Below, piece after piece: positions 61,701 through 64,000 of a stretch of DNA of 64,000 nucleotides. Under the pieces are notes generated by a model. That model was given only the letters and a program-made list of their open reading frames with translations, was not told the origin of the DNA and did not search any database. Made by a program: the position numbers and the translations under genes. Where the stretch lies: positions 434,001 to 498,000 of the forward strand of contig NW_026782721.1 of NCBI RefSeq assembly GCF_031769215.1, written 5' to 3'. Numbering within the stretch: position 1 is the stretch's first letter; each line of letters starts with the position of its first letter. The stretch comes from Ylistrum balloti (Eukaryota).

Positions 61701-63939
61701 TGGGCATCTGGATTACACAGGGGAAGGAAACTGTTAGCAATTATACAGGTGGTATTTTGTTTTTGCTTTCATTTATGACAAAATGGCTATTTTACCCAAA
61801 TTAAAACAGGTTTTTACATATTTTAGAAAATGACTATGTTAGACAAATGAGAACTAAAAGAACACCATCCTCTAAATAATCAAAATATCATATTCCTGGA
61901 GGACATGTAATAAACCTGAACAGTAATGTCATTTCCTTACCATTAATGAAAAGATTGAGAAATGCCAAAACGTTGATAATAATACCTCCACTTACCCGTG
62001 TGCCAGTTTGTAGACGTGTCAGTGGGGCGTGGATTCTGATGTCAGTCAGAGGCACAACATGTACCTGTGCTTCATCCTGGGGGCAAAAAACAAAGTATTA
62101 TCTCTTAGAACACAACTATCACTCCTTGCAAGTCCAACCCAATCAAAAGACTTGGCATCAGTCTCTTGATATTTAAATAGCTTTTTGTACAGAAGATAAA
62201 AATCTTTATTTATTATTTATGTTATTGAGCAAAAAGTCTATAATGAATAAATTTTCACCTGTGAATATATGATTGTCTCTCCCGTTTCTGGGTCTTGACC
62301 TACAGCTTGACCTATGACCCTTGTTGAACCCAGTTCTTGAGCATCAAGTAGTCCACTGCTTGAAACTAAAGCGATGTCATCATTGGCGATTGAGAAGAGC
62401 ACTGTACACTGAGGAGTGGGGCCACCTTTACTGAGCACCTGAAACAGAAATCACAAACCTATCAATTTGATACACTGAGGGGTGGGGCCACCTTTACTGA
62501 GCACCTGAAACAGAAATCACAAACCTATCAATTTGACACACTGAGGGGTGGGGCCACCTTTACTGAGCACCTGAAACAGAAATCACAAACCTATCAATTC
62601 GATACATTGAGGTGTGAGGCCTCATATGTTTGCTTACCTGGAAGAGTGCTCCAATAATCAGTGTAATATTCTGAGGTATTAGCTGGAGTGGGGGAAACAC
62701 CTGCAATATAACATTCATTTGTTACACTTATTCAAATTGAGAGTGAAATATAATACATATGATTATCTAATTATGTCAGAAATTCAAAATGATAAACATT
62801 CAGTCCACTGTGAAAGACATTATATTATAGCATAAATATGTAGGTAATTTCTGTTATTTTTATCTTTTTGTTTATGGCTTACAAACCTTATTCTACGATC
62901 ATCACTTTGATGTCTAGAGGTCTCACAGCCATTCATTTTTATTATCTACAAGTTTCTTGTTAATTATTTTACATATAAATATTCATAATGAATAATTACT
63001 TTCCTGGATACCTACCTCAACAGCTTTGGCAACACTGGTCACTGCAACATCAGGTCTGGGCGTCGCCCGAGCCTCTAGGGAGGTGTGGCCCACTATTGCT
63101 CCATGTACAGTGTAGAATGCAGTGAATCTGTCTTCTGCTGCCTCAAGATCAGGCCTGACAGATGAAACACAAGTTCTGAATGTCTATGTAATGTAATGAG
63201 ACAGAATCACAATGGAGAAGAAACTCAGACATTTTAAAAAATCCCTTCATCGCGCCCCTCAACGAGATGATGGTAAATGCAGGCATCAGTCAGAGTTGGG
63301 GAAAGAAACTTGCCTGTAGTAGTAGTTAACTATTACATAAAACCAGAACATGGCCCCATCCTTATTCACAGGTACTTGTCTGAGGCCCATTGGGGCGAAA
63401 ATTGCCTGCATTGGTTAATTCTTTTATTATTCTCATACAAGTCCCCATTCCTACTTACTTAACTGTGATGATGGTGGATGCAGGCACTAGCCGGAGGCCA
63501 ATCAAGGGGAAGAAGCTAGGCTTTAGTGAGTAATTATTGTATAAAACCCCTACAGAGACCCATCCTAACTCATACTTACTTAACTGTGATGATGGTGGAT
63601 GCGGGCACTAGCCGGAGGCCCATCAAGGGGAGGGGCTCGCCTGTAGTGAGTAATTATTGTATAAAACCCCTACAGATACCCATCCTAACTCATACTTACT
63701 TGACCGTGATGGTGGATGCGGGCACCAGCCCCATCAAAGGGAAGAAGCTCGCCTGTAGTGAGTAATTATTGTATAAAACCCCTACAGAGACCCATCCTTC
63801 CTTACACTTACTTGACTGTGATGATGGTAGATGCAGGCACCAGCCGGAGGCCCATTAAGGGGAAGAAGCTTGCCTGTAGTGGTTTACCATGCATATCCAA
63901 CACCTTCACCTTGGCCTGAAAGTCCTTGCCAACTTCCAC
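46737..63939 (-). CDS. NUP210: Nuclear pore membrane glycoprotein 210, last 20 exons (5' part lies beyond the window)
   Basis: Exons 63939-63812, 63154-63016, 62700-62638, 62438-62259, 62076-61996, 61707-61576, 61387-61232, 56568-56477, 56242-56068, 55076-54904, 53496-53412, 53064-52932, 51893-51760, 50984-50861, 50315-50169, 49636-49383, 48429-48210, 47785-47672, 47149-47051 and 46873-46737; all GT-AG and in phase. Motifs VFPPLQLIPQNITLIIG, GGPTPQCTVLFSI, TPFTFGSAIPPLTFSWSV, a single TM helix (WLFIILVIILTALAVIIG) and a short tail with LWSP match gp210. Confidence 0.93.
48415..49210. repeat. 76-bp minisatellite (about 11 units) built from a NUP210 splice acceptor
   Basis: True junction ttctgtag|GTCTATGTGAGTGA at 48430/48429; the repeat units read tttgtatGTCTATGTGAGTGA. 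Confidence 0.92.
51115..51332 (+). mobile_element. tRNA-derived SINE with a (cctaa)n tail
   Basis: A-box-like gtggtcaagtggttaagg, B-box-like gggttcaaggcc, body ggtcggt..ttttctct..aacctggcacatccttaaatgatcctggctg, tail aacctaacctaacctaacc. Confidence 0.6.
51955..52270. repeat. 35-bp minisatellite (about 9 units) in a NUP210 intron
   Basis: Unit cacactactgcatagtctctgtctcatgtgtttta; it ends about 60 nt from the acceptor at 51894 but does not include it. Confidence 0.9.
53732..54838 (+). mobile_element. Non-autonomous pogo/Tc2-type DNA transposon (about 1.1 kb) with 28-bp TIRs
   Basis: Left t(g)ccgtaaaaacccacgtaatgtccgca; the right end, reverse-complemented, is taccgtaaaaacccatgtaatgtccaca. Internal tgtaatgtccgc sub-repeats and a transposase-type acidic tail remnant EFFHSDDDDFWGF. 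Confidence 0.8.
55065..55960. repeat. 30-bp minisatellite (about 29 units) built from a NUP210 splice acceptor
   Basis: Sense unit tatatttctgtgacctctag|GTAAATCCTG vs true tatctgtttgtcctttag|GTAAAACCTG at 55077/55076. Confidence 0.92.
55958..56085. repeat. ~35-bp repeat (3 intronic units plus the exonic one) built from a NUP210 splice donor
   Basis: True CTTCTAATAAAG|gtcatt; copies CTTCTGATCAAG|gttatt, CTTCTCATCAAG|gttatt and CTTCTCATCAAG|gtcatc. Confidence 0.8.
56945..61255. repeat. 46-bp minisatellite (about 93 units, 4.3 kb) built from a NUP210 splice donor
   Basis: Sense unit ACTGATGTGTTACAGATTGAG|gtagggtcagttaggggtacagagg vs true ACTGATGAACTACAGATTGAG|gtaggg at 61232/61231. Confidence 0.95.
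62405..62610. repeat. 66-bp triplication of a NUP210 acceptor plus exon start
   Basis: tttctgtttcag|GTGCTCAGTAAAGGTGGCCCCAC with exon starts at 62438 (true), 62504 and 62570. Confidence 0.92.
63455..63880. repeat. ~120-bp repeat (4 units) containing the last ~70 nt of a NUP210 exon plus its donor
   Basis: ..CCATCATCACAGT(C/T)AA|gtaagt with the donor at 63811 (true) and copies near 63699, 63579 and 63458. Confidence 0.9.
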
Positions 63940-64000
63940 CTAAAAATTCAATTTAATGTCATAAAGTTTCTTTTCAGTTCTTAAAACAATAAATATGGAC

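Overview
Eukaryotic genomic DNA: AT-rich, spliced genes with GT-AG introns. It is probably a bivalve mollusc, judged from the expanded single-exon B-box/NHL genes, SINE types and minisatellite-rich introns (inference). The left third (1.2-25 kb) is a five-copy head-to-tail array of a single-coding-exon TRIM-like gene (B-box2, coiled coil, NHL propeller; 547 aa). Each copy is followed by its own allele of a 49-bp minisatellite, and copy 5 is frameshifted. The rest holds three conserved housekeeping genes that I assembled exon by exon with consistent phases: PTGR3/ZADH2 (minus, 12 exons, ends in SKL), nurim/NRM (plus, 4 exons, head-to-head with PTGR3) and the last 20 exons of NUP210 (minus). Mobile elements include Tc1, pogo/Tc2, CR1/LINE and SINE relics. 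The most unusual signal is that the intronic tandem repeats are not random: at least seven arrays are amplified copies of the adjacent splice junction or stop codon, including about 93 copies of one NUP210 5' splice site. Use of the acceptor decoys, or read-through to the exon-A donor decoys, would give premature stops, and the decoy nearest the true acceptor has often lost its AG. All coordinates and counts were read by eye.
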